Shown: in pieces, positions 41,091-51,744 of the stretch | Position numbering within the stretch: the stretch's first letter is position 1 | How the letters are laid out: every line of letters begins with the position of its first letter | Assembly: GCA_963799845.1 (NCBI GenBank) | Contig: CAWCYI010000006.1 | Span: forward strand, 1,280,001-1,344,000 | DNA: 64,000 nucleotides | Reading direction: 5' to 3' | Source: an uncultured Nitrososphaerota archaeon | GTDB taxonomy: Archaea; Thermoproteota; Nitrososphaeria; Nitrososphaerales; CADDZS01 | Program-made: the position numbers and the translations under genes | The notes under the pieces: generated by a model | The model's database searches: none | The model's input: only the letters and a program-made list of their open reading frames with translations | Told to the model about the DNA's origin: nothing

Positions 41091-42299
41091 TTAATGCATT
41101 TCATCATAAGGAGATCGTGTCAATCTTTCATAGCCATTATCTGTAACTAGAAGAGTATCACTTAGAAACACACCTCCGACTTCCGAAGCGTGGAACCCCA
41201 CTTGAACGGCGAGAACCATCCCTTTTTGTAATGGAGTCGTATCCTTCTCTATTATCTGAGGTCTTTCGTTTATTTCTACACCGATACCGTGGCCAAACCC
41301 GTAATCAATCTTTAAGGATCCAGCTTTCAAGTCGCGACAGATTTCAGTTGTGTCCCTTGCAAGGGAGGAAGCTGTAATCCCGGGCTTTACCTTTTCCAAC
41401 ATTCTAGAATAGATTTTGATTGCGGTCTTGTTTAGATTTGATTGCTTTTCATTTGCCTCTCCGACTACTAGCGTCCTTCCGATCTGTGACCAATATTTCC
41501 AATTTTCGAACGCCATCAGAAGCAGTACGGGATCACCTTTTTTCAAGACCCGACCGGGCATTCCTAAAGATCTCTGAGCATCGGGGCCGCTTGCAATCAA
41601 GGATCTGAAATTATGAGCTCCTATTGTTCTAGTGGCAGCGTCTATATCGGAAAGAACATCCGACTCCGTCTTTCCTTCTTGGATTGAACTTTTGAATGTT
41701 TGAAATGCCGCATCAGAAATTTGACTTGCTTTCTTGATTAGGTGCACTTCCGCTTCGCTTTTTACCATCCTCTGATTCTCAATAATGTCTGTCGCATCTT
41801 CGAAAGAGACATTAGGAAGTTCACGCTTGAGGGTTACGTAAGAGCCTGCGTCCATCCAGCCCGCACCTACAAGACCTACTTTTCCAGAAGTCAGGTTCAA
41901 GCCGTCCAACACTCTCCTAACATTTGGACCCAAGTCATATGTACCCATCACTCGGAATTCCAAAGATCTGACGTCCCTGATCCAGGTCGAAGCTCGAACC
42001 TCCCATCCAAAGTCTCGAGGAATCCAACAACCAAGTAATGTTGGATCTCCTTCTCGAGGGATTATGAGTCCAATCGACCTGTTGTAGCAAACGTTAGCGT
42101 TTGCAAGATAAAGCACATTGCCGTTCTTCCACGACCCATCAGCTCTGCCGAATACAAGTAGCGCATCGATTCCTCTTCGACCCATTTCCTTCTTCGATCG
42201 TGAAACGCGATCCCTGAATTCCTCGATGGGCATTTCAAGAGCGTTCCATCCCCACGGTCCGGTTGAATAGCCGCCAAACAGCGGGCGTAGTGAAAGCAT
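41091..42299 (-). CDS. M24 (creatinase/Xaa-Pro peptidase fold) protein lacking most metal ligands
   Basis: Creatinase_N-like start, RMVKSEAEV, IGRT, GHGIG, ERP and LLVTDNGYERLT. Confidence 0.82.
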   Translation of the reverse strand: MLSLRPLFGGYSTGPWGWNALEMPIEEFRDRVSRSKKEMGRRGIDALLVFGRADGSWKNGNVLYLANANVCYNRSIGLIIPREGDPTLLGCWIPRDFGWEVRASTWIRDVRSLEFRVMGTYDLGPNVRRVLDGLNLTSGKVGLVGAGWMDAGSYVTLKRELPNVSFEDATDIIENQRMVKSEAEVHLIKKASQISDAAFQTFKSSIQEGKTESDVLSDIDAATRTIGAHNFRSLIASGPDAQRSLGMPGRVLKKGDPVLLLMAFENWKYWSQIGRTLVVGEANEKQSNLNKTAIKIYSRMLEKVKPGITASSLARDTTEICRDLKAGSLKIDYGFGHGIGVEINERPQIIEKDTTPLQKGMVLAVQVGFHASEVGGVFLSDTLLVTDNGYERLTRSPYDEMH

Positions 42300-42304
42300 T
42301 CAAA

Positions 42305-43453
42305 TCACTCCCTAACTTCTCGTTCCGTCGAATACAGTTTGTAGGGCATCTTGGTTAGGCGTTCGTAACCATTCTCCGTTACGAGAAATGGTTCGCCTAG
42401 AGCCAAATAACCTGTGTCTGGAAAATAGTTATTCGGATGAAGTGTGAAAACCATACCCTCTGCCAATGTCGTCTTATTGCCGACTAATATTTCCATTCCC
42501 CCTACATCTCCATGCCCTCGCACACGCGAATTTGGGGGGCGAAGGTTCTCCCAAAACCCAGCTGAGGCCAATACGTCCTCCTGGGCAATCGCTAGAGCCT
42601 CAACCGGGAGTCCAGGCTTTATCATTGCCACAGCTTTTTCAAAGGCTTTTGTCAATAAATCAAATCTCGTTCTAACGATCTCTGATGCCTTGCCTACTAC
42701 CACGGTTCGACATATTTCTACAAACAAGCCATCGTAAAGGGGATTCGGCTCCATTACGATGATGTCCCCTTCTTTGATGGTTCTGCCCGTAGGAGAGGTC
42801 ATGGAGGTTGGGCGTGCACCAGAACCAATCAAAGTAGCAGCGTCATCTGCACCCATGCGTCGCATCGCGACCTGGGTCGCAGCCTGGAGTTCTAAATCTG
42901 TCACATTCGGTCTAATTGCATCCAATAGAGCTTGAAATCCAGCCTCAGCAATCTCAGCAGCTTTTAGGTAGCGCTCCATTTCCATTTTGCTCTTTGGAAA
43001 AAGAACATCTCTTGCAATATCAGTGCAGGGCTCGATCTTGGTATTTGGCAGCACCTTATGCCGATCTTCAAAGGAGTCGGCATACAGAAATTCTTCGCCC
43101 GTCATTCCTATTTTTTGTTCTAGAAGGCCATCCCGTCGCAAGATTTCCTTGCAATCTTCCCAAAGCTTGGTCGTCACTCTCACATCCTTTATCCACGATT
43201 TCTCTTTCGCTCTGTCTAAATCCCATGCTTCAGAAATTAATAGAACGGGGGCACCGCTTTTCGGAAGTATGACCATTGAATAATTTCCAAGCATGTCATA
43301 ATTCGAAATCCAGTAGACAGTATCAAAGTTGGTGTTACTCCAAATATGACCAGTTAGAGGGTAGGAATAAATTAACAAGACATCGAGCTTTCTCTTGTCC
43401 ATCAGACTAGTGATCTTAGATCTCCGCCATTCGAACTCGTTCAAATTATTCAT
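42305..43453 (-). CDS. M24-fold protein with atypical ligand set
   Basis: KSKMEME, MEPNPLYDGLFVEICRT, RGHG, FTLHPN and LVTENGYERLT. Confidence 0.82.
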   Translation of the reverse strand: MNNLNEFEWRRSKITSLMDKRKLDVLLIYSYPLTGHIWSNTNFDTVYWISNYDMLGNYSMVILPKSGAPVLLISEAWDLDRAKEKSWIKDVRVTTKLWEDCKEILRRDGLLEQKIGMTGEEFLYADSFEDRHKVLPNTKIEPCTDIARDVLFPKSKMEMERYLKAAEIAEAGFQALLDAIRPNVTDLELQAATQVAMRRMGADDAATLIGSGARPTSMTSPTGRTIKEGDIIVMEPNPLYDGLFVEICRTVVVGKASEIVRTRFDLLTKAFEKAVAMIKPGLPVEALAIAQEDVLASAGFWENLRPPNSRVRGHGDVGGMEILVGNKTTLAEGMVFTLHPNNYFPDTGYLALGEPFLVTENGYERLTKMPYKLYSTEREVRE

Positions 43454-43574
43454 TCAGAGCCCGTAACGACGCGCGTTCCTTCAGTTCTTAAATAATTCTC
43501 GAAAAAAGTAACAGGGCAATAATATTTACTTAAAATCGGCGGTGGCAGAGGAAATTCTCGTTACTTGGGTCAGT

Positions 43575-44069
43575 TCAAGTTTTTCCTAACCTCTTCTTTA
43601 ATAGTGGCATAATTCCTCCAGCTTCAAGAACATTGAGCATCACTGATGAGAGAGGCTTACTTTCCGATTGTTGACCGCTACTTAGGTTCTTGATAGTCCC
43701 CGTTGCAGGATCGATCTCGCCCTGATCTCCGTCATTGAAAAGTTTAGCAACTTCGGGGCAAATCACGATAGGTAGTCCTATCGCAATGCAGTTTCTAAAA
43801 AATATCCGTCCGGTGGACTCGGCAAGGATTCCACTAATCCCAAGCGCCTTAATGTTCTCAGGAGCAATTTCTCTGCTCGATCCGCATCCAAAATTTCTTC
43901 CCGCGACGATTAGATCGCCCGGTCTAACATTTTCAGGAAACTCAGGTCGAACTGATTTTAAGCAATACTTTTTGAATTCATTCGTAGGGAGTCCAACATA
44001 TATCCCAGGTGCCATCGCGTCAGTATCGATATTGTCTCCGAATTTCCATACTCTGCCACTAATTTGCAC
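43575..44069 (-). CDS. leuD: Isopropylmalate isomerase/maleate hydratase-family small subunit
   Basis: KFGDNIDTD, NFGCGSSRE and RIFFRNC. Confidence 0.92.
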   Translation of the reverse strand: MQISGRVWKFGDNIDTDAMAPGIYVGLPTNEFKKYCLKSVRPEFPENVRPGDLIVAGRNFGCGSSREIAPENIKALGISGILAESTGRIFFRNCIAIGLPIVICPEVAKLFNDGDQGEIDPATGTIKNLSSGQQSESKPLSSVMLNVLEAGGIMPLLKKRLGKT

Positions 44070-45336
44070 GAAGGTACTCCCTCGGATCTGTGATTCTCCC
44101 TCTTATTGATGAAGCAGCAACGGTTGCAGGAGAAGCAAGGTATACTTCAGCCTCAGGACTTCCCATCCTGCCCTTGAAGTTCCTGTTTGAAGACGAGATG
44201 CATTTTTCTCCGGGTGCCAATACACCGTTGCAGCCACCCATGCACGGACCGCAAGATGAGTTGGTGACTACTGCACCGCTTTCGACAAAGATTTTGAGAA
44301 GCCCTTCGTCCATAGCTTTTAGATAAACATCCCATGAAGCGGGCGTAACGATCAAGCGAGTGCTTGAAGAGACTTTGTGGCCTTTCAATACTCTGGCAGC
44401 CGCCTCCAGATCCTCGTATCTTGCATTTGCACACGAACCAATGAAGGCTTGATCTACTGGGGTTCCTTGCAGCTCAGAAACGGGTTTTGAGTTGGCCAGT
44501 GAATGGGGCGCAGCTACGTACGGCTCCAAGTCGGAGACATCAACCGAGAACTTCGAATCGTAAGTTGCATCCTTGTCACTCTTCACGGGCTCAAATCGAT
44601 GGGTGGTTCTAGTGCTCAAATAATCTAGTATTTTGTCGTCAACCTCGAAGAGCCCAAATTTTGCACCTAACTCGATTGACATATTGCTCATAACCATTCT
44701 ACTCGCGAGTGTCATCTCGCCGACGCAAGGACCTCCCCATTCTATTGACTTGTATTGCGCCAACTCTATTCCATACCTCCCCGCGATGTACAAAATCAGG
44801 TCTTTAGAATAGACCGAATCTGGAAACTTTCCGGTGATATGAATCTTCACTGTACTAGGTACGGTAAACCACAACTCGCCAGTGGAGAGCACGTACGCCA
44901 TTTCCGAGTTTCCAATTCCCGCACCCGCAGCATTTAGAGCGCCATAGGTACAAGTGTGCGAGTCCGCTCCCAGAATCAAGCTTCCAGGAAGGACGTGACC
45001 CTTTTCCGTCAAAACTTGATGACAAATGCCAGCGTTAATATCGTAAAAGTGCCTGATTCCGTATCTTTCTGCCAATTTCCGCAGTATAGCGTGATAGTTT
45101 GCGGTAGTAACAGTGGGTGCAGCGGACCAATGGTCCAAAACCACGACGACTTTTTCAGGATCCCAGACTGATGGCAGGCCTTCGGGTAGTCCCTCTTTGA
45201 TAAGGGTTTGATGCATCATTGCAAAACCTTCGTGAATCATGACCAGGTCCACTTTGGCGGTCAAATGATCCCCTGGAGAAACATGTTTTTCTCCCGAAGC
45301 CCGCGCGAGAATTTTCTCGGCAATCGTCATGCTCAT
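44059..45336 (-). CDS. leuC: Isopropylmalate isomerase/homoaconitase-family large subunit
   Basis: MTIAEKIL, DH, GICHQ, DSHT, [4Fe-4S] ligands IGSC and CGPCMG, NRNFKGRMG. Confidence 0.93.
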   Translation of the reverse strand: MSMTIAEKILARASGEKHVSPGDHLTAKVDLVMIHEGFAMMHQTLIKEGLPEGLPSVWDPEKVVVVLDHWSAAPTVTTANYHAILRKLAERYGIRHFYDINAGICHQVLTEKGHVLPGSLILGADSHTCTYGALNAAGAGIGNSEMAYVLSTGELWFTVPSTVKIHITGKFPDSVYSKDLILYIAGRYGIELAQYKSIEWGGPCVGEMTLASRMVMSNMSIELGAKFGLFEVDDKILDYLSTRTTHRFEPVKSDKDATYDSKFSVDVSDLEPYVAAPHSLANSKPVSELQGTPVDQAFIGSCANARYEDLEAAARVLKGHKVSSSTRLIVTPASWDVYLKAMDEGLLKIFVESGAVVTNSSCGPCMGGCNGVLAPGEKCISSSNRNFKGRMGSPEAEVYLASPATVAASSIRGRITDPREYLRAN

Positions 45337-45371
45337 GAAGATATCATGGTCCCCGAAAAAATTCGATAATC

Positions 45372-46499
45372 CTACACAACTAGTTCTGGAAATTTAATCT
45401 TTTGGGCGATCGCATCTCCGAACTCCTTCGTACTCGATGTTCCTCCCAGATCATAGGTCCTGATTTTCCCTTCTTTTAGGACCGCGGCAAGCGAATCCTC
45501 GATGAGACGCCCTCCTGAGGACAATTTTTCATCGCTGTATTTTTCTCCCATCCAATCCAACATCATAGAAGAAGAGAGTATCATTGAACAGGGATCGGCT
45601 ACATTTTTGCCGGCGTATTTTGGAGCAGATCCGTGAATGGCTTCAAAATAGGCATAGTTGTCCCCGATATTGGCGGCTCCTGCTAGTCCCAGGGAACCCT
45701 GAATCGCGCCGGCGAGATCTGTGATAATATCGCCGAAGACATTGGTCGTGACACAAACGTTGAAGAACTCTGGTTTTCGGATGACCCACTGCGTCCATGC
45801 GTCAATGTAAGCGTAGTCTTTCTCGATGTCAGGATATTTAGGCGCTATCTCATCGTAGATGTCTCTGAATAATCGGCAACCCAAGAGCACGTTGCTCTTG
45901 TCTATGCAGGTGACTCTTTTCTTGCCGTCAGAAGGAGCACCACGCTTTCTGCGCGTTGCCAACTTGAAAGCGTGATCAATTACTCTTTCAGAGCCTTTTC
46001 TCGTGATGACCCTGACGTCAACACTCATTTCCGTGTTACCGCCTCGAGTTATCGACCCCCTAATCGGCAGATATAGATCCTCTGTATTTTCTCTTACAAT
46101 AACAAAATCAATGTCTCCGACTTTTCTACCCACCAAGGGTGAGCTGACACCTTCGTATAATTTGCACGGCCTGATATTTGCGTATGTGTCCAGGTCGAAT
46201 CTTAAACCTAGAACTACTTCACCAATAGCTTCTCTGCCGTCGGGCAGGTTTGCTCCTGGCCAGCCCATCGGACCCTTTAGAATCGCGTTTGCATGCTTAC
46301 ATGTGTTAAGTGAACCTTCAGGCCACGAGGTTTTCTTTCCAGAATCTAGAAAATATTTTCCGCCGCTGGGTATCTTTATGAATTCAAAATTCAACCCCTC
46401 AATTTCTTCCACGGCTTTTAGGACTTTTACTGCCTCGGGTATGGTATCCCAGGCTATCCCGTCTCCTTCCAATATGGCTATTTCATACGTTCTTACCAA
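45372..46499 (-). CDS. Beta-decarboxylating dehydrogenase (isopropylmalate/tartrate/D-malate dehydrogenase family)
   Basis: GDGI, LRFDLDTYANIRP, VRENTEDLY, DKSNV, NVFGDIITD and EAIHGSAP. Confidence 0.9.
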   Translation of the reverse strand: MVRTYEIAILEGDGIAWDTIPEAVKVLKAVEEIEGLNFEFIKIPSGGKYFLDSGKKTSWPEGSLNTCKHANAILKGPMGWPGANLPDGREAIGEVVLGLRFDLDTYANIRPCKLYEGVSSPLVGRKVGDIDFVIVRENTEDLYLPIRGSITRGGNTEMSVDVRVITRKGSERVIDHAFKLATRRKRGAPSDGKKRVTCIDKSNVLLGCRLFRDIYDEIAPKYPDIEKDYAYIDAWTQWVIRKPEFFNVCVTTNVFGDIITDLAGAIQGSLGLAGAANIGDNYAYFEAIHGSAPKYAGKNVADPCSMILSSSMMLDWMGEKYSDEKLSSGGRLIEDSLAAVLKEGKIRTYDLGGTSSTKEFGDAIAQKIKFPELVV

Positions 46500-46637
46500 A
46501 GGGGTATTCAGACGAGTGGATCATTCTGTGGGATTTATGAATAACTGGACATGAACTAGTTTCTCAAAAATTTTCAATCAATAAAACTGATCTTATTCAA
46601 TAACGATATATCGGCAGAGTCGGCGGCCTAGCAATCT

Positions 46638-47993
46638 ATGTCAAGCCAAACGGAAACCGTGGCCTCATTTGTTGCCAGCCTTGATTACAAAAATATTCCA
46701 ACGAATATCGTGAATAATCTAAAGGCATCCATACTGGACACCCTTGGCAGTGGTATTTACGGATCCACGCTATCCTGGGTTAGATCTTTTTCAGATCTGG
46801 TCATGAATTGGAAAGGAAATGGTGAGGCAAGCGTCTGGGGGCGAGGTAGGAAATTACCTTCAATGAATGCTGCTTTCATAAACGGAACAATGGCCCATGC
46901 ATTCGAGCTAGACGATGCTCATAGAAATAGTGTAACTCATCCAGGCACAGTCGTTATTCCGGCCGTTCTCGCTATGGCAGAGTTGAAGGGAAATGTCGAT
47001 GGAAAAACATTCCTTACGGCGGTAACAGCCGGTTACGAAGTTATGTGCAGGGTAGGAATAGCTTTGGGTGTTTCTCACAGGCTTCGAGGATTTCATCCAA
47101 CTGGGACTTGTGGCGTATTCGGAAGCGCTTCTGGAGCCGCGAAAATCCTAGGATTAGACGAAGAAAGAACAATTTGTGCTTTATCGATAGCCGGCACGGA
47201 GGCATCTGGTCTATACAACCCTTCACTGGTAAAGAGATTGAATGCTGGAAGGGCGGCACAGACAGGAATCATGGCGGCACTGCTGGCTCAGTCGGGTCTT
47301 AGTGGCACGAAAGATGTCTTGGAAGCACCGCACGGAGGATTTTGCAGGGGTTTTTCTGACAACCCCGACATCGGGAGGCTGGTAACCGATTTAGGAAAGT
47401 CATTCGAGGCAGGCAACGTGTCACTGAAACCATATTCGTGTGATGCAGGAAATTGTAGAACTATAGACGCGGTAAAAAAGGCGATCGAGGGGCACGAAAT
47501 CGCTCCAGAATCAATAGAAAAAATTGTAGTCAAAACAAGCACTCAAAACAAAGAATTCAGCTATGGCTTCAAAGTAGACAGCGTTTCTTCGGCAATGATG
47601 AGTCTGCCTTATTGCGTTGCAGTTTTTCTCATTGAGAAGAATGCCTTTCTTGACCAATTCACTGAGAAGAAAATCCGCGATTCGAATATACTTAGTCTCT
47701 CTAAGAGGGTAGAGGTAATGGCGGATCCGGAAATTGACCGTCAAATGATGTCAGACCCAACTCGCCCAGTGAACGTTCATGTCGAAATTAAGTTGACTGA
47801 TGGAAAAAGTTTCAGCAGTAGTGTAATGCATTCCAAGGGAAGCCCGATGAACCCGATGTCCCCTCGAGAAATCAGAGACAAATTTACGAAACTGGCATCG
47901 TACGTCCTCGACAAAAACAAGATAGAGTTCATTATTTCGACTGTAGAAGACCTCGAAGAACTTAGTTGTGTTGACCAAATCGTTCCAGAATGA
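46638..47993 (+). CDS. MmgE/PrpD-family protein
   Basis: AAFINGTMAHAFELDDAH, HPG, GYEV, GFHPTG, KPYSC and KGSPMNPM. Confidence 0.9.
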   Translation: MSSQTETVASFVASLDYKNIPTNIVNNLKASILDTLGSGIYGSTLSWVRSFSDLVMNWKGNGEASVWGRGRKLPSMNAAFINGTMAHAFELDDAHRNSVTHPGTVVIPAVLAMAELKGNVDGKTFLTAVTAGYEVMCRVGIALGVSHRLRGFHPTGTCGVFGSASGAAKILGLDEERTICALSIAGTEASGLYNPSLVKRLNAGRAAQTGIMAALLAQSGLSGTKDVLEAPHGGFCRGFSDNPDIGRLVTDLGKSFEAGNVSLKPYSCDAGNCRTIDAVKKAIEGHEIAPESIEKIVVKTSTQNKEFSYGFKVDSVSSAMMSLPYCVAVFLIEKNAFLDQFTEKKIRDSNILSLSKRVEVMADPEIDRQMMSDPTRPVNVHVEIKLTDGKSFSSSVMHSKGSPMNPMSPREIRDKFTKLASYVLDKNKIEFIISTVEDLEELSCVDQIVPE

Positions 47994-48028
47994 CTTTATT
48001 TTTTCAAACTGGGGAAGTGGATCGTTTT

Positions 48029-49410
48029 TCAGTTTTTTTCGATAATCAGTTCAGTAATATCAGTGATTCTTTCAATAGATTCAAGATGATTTATCAATTT
48101 CAAAATCTCTTCGCTTTGCATACCGGTAGTGTTTTCTTGAAACTTTGATGTCAGTTCATTCGTACTTAGCGGATTGTTGGGACCCCCGATAGCCTGATCC
48201 ACCCTCGAGCTTACTGAATTCCCGTCTCGAAAGGTTATTGATACCTCAGCTGGAGAATATGGGATTCCATCCATTTGTCGATCCGCTTCAACATGAATCG
48301 TTTTTGCCAGTTCAAGTACTGGCCTTCTTCGGATTGCAGAATCAGAAAAACTCTGAATCGACATATTGCCATCGATCAAGATTGTCGAGATGCAGAAGTA
48401 AAGACTCTGTTGGGCTTCAAGGGGTGTCAATGGATTCATTCTCTGCTCCTCTGGATCGGCTACGTCCTTGAAAGTTAGACTCGGAACATGAACGGACATA
48501 GTCTCCACCATATCAGGTTCGAAATCGTATTTCCTACGTAGCTCGAGGACCGCATCGATTGAGGCATGACACCCCCGACAACATGGATATTTTTTGAAAA
48601 TAGTGTCCAGAATGGCGTAACTTTCAGCCAGCCCGTTAGTTATTATCGTGTCGTCATAATGATCGGAAAAGCTCGTAAAAATCCATCGCGACCCTCGAAA
48701 ATAGTTCTCGGTCCAGAAAGACCCCTCGCTGCTAGTTGAGCTGAAGAGATACCATCATGAGCAGCTTTTCCCGGATGTAGTCGTTTGACTGGGGACCCAT
48801 CAGCTAAGAATTCTTGAATCCCTGATGCATGACTTCCGGCTAGCCCCAGAGCATCAGCAATTTGTTCACTATCAAGACCCATAATCACAGACGCTGCAGC
48901 AGCAGCGCCAAATGGACCACATGTAGATGTAGGGTGGAAGCCACGAAAGACGTGACTACGATAAGGCTGGGGATTAACCGCCCGCGAGACACGGATCATC
49001 ACTTCATAACCAGCTACGATTGCAACAATCAAATCTCTGCCATTTGCTTGCGAGGCTTCCGCGGTGGCAATAGCGGATGGAACAATTACAGCTCCAGGAT
49101 GAAGCATTGATCTTTCGGCGTCATCATATTCCCAAGCGTGAGCAAAAGAACCATTCGCATAGGCGGCATTTTGTGGCAAAGTTTTGAAATCATTCTTATA
49201 AATAGAAGATTGCTCGGTACCGCCTAACGATCTAACATAATCTGCGATGATTTTACTCCAAGGGGCCTCTGCTCCCGCGATTGCCACGCCTATAGTGTCC
49301 ATTAAACAAAGTTTGGCTTGTTTTATTATCGGAGCTGGCAGTTTATCGTACTGGAGATCGGTAACAAATTCAGCGAGTTTCATTGAAGAGGATTTCATCG
49401 CTTGGCTCAC
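48029..49410 (-). CDS. MmgE/PrpD-family protein, frameshift at about 48668
   Basis: ORF 48643..49410 joins a downstream frame (FKKYPCC...GGPNNPLS). Motifs AHAWEYDD, HPG and GFHPT. Confidence 0.88.
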
Positions 49411-49544
49411 TTGGCTAGGCTCAAAAAATTAAGTCATATTCCTTAAGGGTCCCGGTGCCGCATAACAAAATCCAGAATCGGCAAGGCGGAATCAAAGAGG
49501 ACTTTCTTTTCGATTGTGCCCCGTGGATGAACCAACTGGGCTCT

Positions 49545-50042
49545 TCAAATAATATTTTTTTCCTGCAAACGTGAAATAAGTAGTGGAACTATGCCACCTT
49601 GATCCAACATTCGAACTAGATCAGGGGGAAGCGGCTTTGTGGATAGAGTTTTTCCAGTAGTCAGGTTCCTAATTTTACCAGTAGATATTTCAGCTTCTAT
49701 TGTGTCACCTTCATTGAATATTGAAGTCACACCCTTGCAAGGTACAGCGGGCAACCCAATTGCCATGCAGTTTCTGAAATAAATTCTGGCGATTGAATCT
49801 GCGAAAATTGCCCTAATGCCAAGCTCCTTAAGAAAGCTGCAGGCCTGCTCTCTCTGAGAACCACAGCCAAAGTTGGTGCCCGCAACTATTACATCGTTCT
49901 CCCTGACTTCTTGATAGAAATTTGGCCTTATAGCACCGAATAATGCTTTCTTGAGGTCTTTATCGGCCGTCTCAATGGGTGCAATAACGGTCGTGTCGAT
50001 ATTGTCACCGAACTTCAGAACTCTGCCCACTATTGTGCCCAA
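49545..50042 (-). CDS. leuD: LeuD-family small subunit (second copy)
   Basis: KFGDNIDT, NFGCGSQRE and ARIYFRN. Confidence 0.9.
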   Translation of the reverse strand: MGTIVGRVLKFGDNIDTTVIAPIETADKDLKKALFGAIRPNFYQEVRENDVIVAGTNFGCGSQREQACSFLKELGIRAIFADSIARIYFRNCMAIGLPAVPCKGVTSIFNEGDTIEAEISTGKIRNLTTGKTLSTKPLPPDLVRMLDQGGIVPLLISRLQEKNII

Positions 50043-51309
50043 TTACACCACATCCCTTGGATCCGTTATGACACCACGTAATGCAGAGGCAGCAACAGTT
50101 GCAGGTGAGGCTAGGTATATCTTAGCATCATAGCTACCCATTCTTCCCTTGAAATTTCTTGGTGTTGCAGCAATGCATACTTCTCCTTTAGCCAACGCGC
50201 CCGCGCTCCCTATGCATACCCCGCACCCAGGATTAGTGATAATAGCTCCAGATTTCGCAAGTTTGTAGATCAAGCCCGCGGCGAGAGCTTTCTCATAAAC
50301 TTCCGCTGATGCAGAACCGACGATGAATCTTGTTCCAGGATGTACTCTCTTTCCTTCTACTATTTGCGCAGCAATTTCCAAATCTTCAAAGCGACCGTTG
50401 GTGCAAGATCCGATTACGGCCTGATCTATAGGTACCCCTTTTATTTCAGAAATTGGTTTTACATTACCGACGGTATCTGGACAAGCTACCTGCGGTTCGA
50501 TTCCCGAAACGTCTATATCGTATTCCTCTTCGAATACTGCGCCAGAATCTGAACGCACAGGGGTAATAGGTTTTTGAACTCTTGATCTCAGAAAATCATT
50601 GGTCTTTTCATCCGCCTCGAAGAGTCCGAATTTGGCTCCAAGCTCGACAGACATATTGCTCATCGTCATTCTACTGTCAATACTCAGGCTTGTAGCAAGG
50701 GGTCCGTCCCATTCGATTGATTTGTATTGCGCCACCTCGGTACCAAATGAACCAGCAATGTGAAGCATGATATCCTTAGCGTAAACAAATGGGGAAAGCG
50801 TTCCGTTGAGCATGAACCTTATAGTTTCGGGTACTCTGAACCAAAGTTCTCCTGTTCCGAGGACGTATGCCATCTCGGTGGCTCCTATTCCCGTCCCCGC
50901 TGCGTTGAAAGCGCCATAGGTGGTAGAATGAGAATCTTTGCCAACTATCAATTGTCCAGGGGTTACATGGCCTTTCTCAGGAAGGACTTGATGGGAGATT
51001 CCTGCATCAATATCGTAAAAGTAGGTTAATCCATATTTCTTGGCTAGTTCTCGATTATTGCGATACCTTTCAGCTGCGGCTACGGAAATGGTGGGACTAC
51101 GATGATCGAGTACCACTATCACTTTGTCTTTATCCCATACGCTTGTTAGTCCCTGCTTATACCCCGCGCTGACCAGAACGTCGCTGGGCTCGTTCAAAAC
51201 CTCTGGGACCATTGCCAGATCTATCTTCAGCTGTTACGATGTCGCCAGCTTCTGCAGTCTCTTTACCCGAGCATCGCGCGAGGATTTTTTCGGCAATCGT
51301 CATTTCCAT
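50043..51309 (-). CDS. leuC: LeuC-family large subunit (second copy), frameshift at about 51228
   Basis: MEMTIAEKILAR from 51309 joins ORF 50043..51212. Motifs IGSCTN, CGVCIG and RNFKGRMG. Confidence 0.9.
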
Positions 51310-51744
51310 TTCAACAGCACCCAAATTTGCTAATAGCGTCCGACAATAATATAAGAATTCCTCGATTTTGTGGGCCTTTTACGGTAGATCCGGATAGCTA
51401 CCAAGAGCATTTCAACTATCCACCTCTAATGCTGAAAAAACTTCAGTTGATCTCGTTTAGGTTAGTTGTCAGACAAGACTTGGCTGAACAATCCGCATTG
51501 AAAAATCAGCACCCCGAATGATTAATTGAAATTTTCGAATACAACAAACATGAATGTGACGCATTGGACGACTGTGTCTCCATTGATAGGCGAAGGGAGC
51601 CTCTTCATTCGATTCAGAAAAATTCGAGTTTGGGCTCCTAGTCGTCTTAAGCCAGTAAGCTTTTCTTCAAGAGAGCCTAATAGGTTCACGTGTTAGATCG
51701 TTCGTCTTGTTCGTTTTCGAAGTGTAATCACCAGAGGATCTTCT

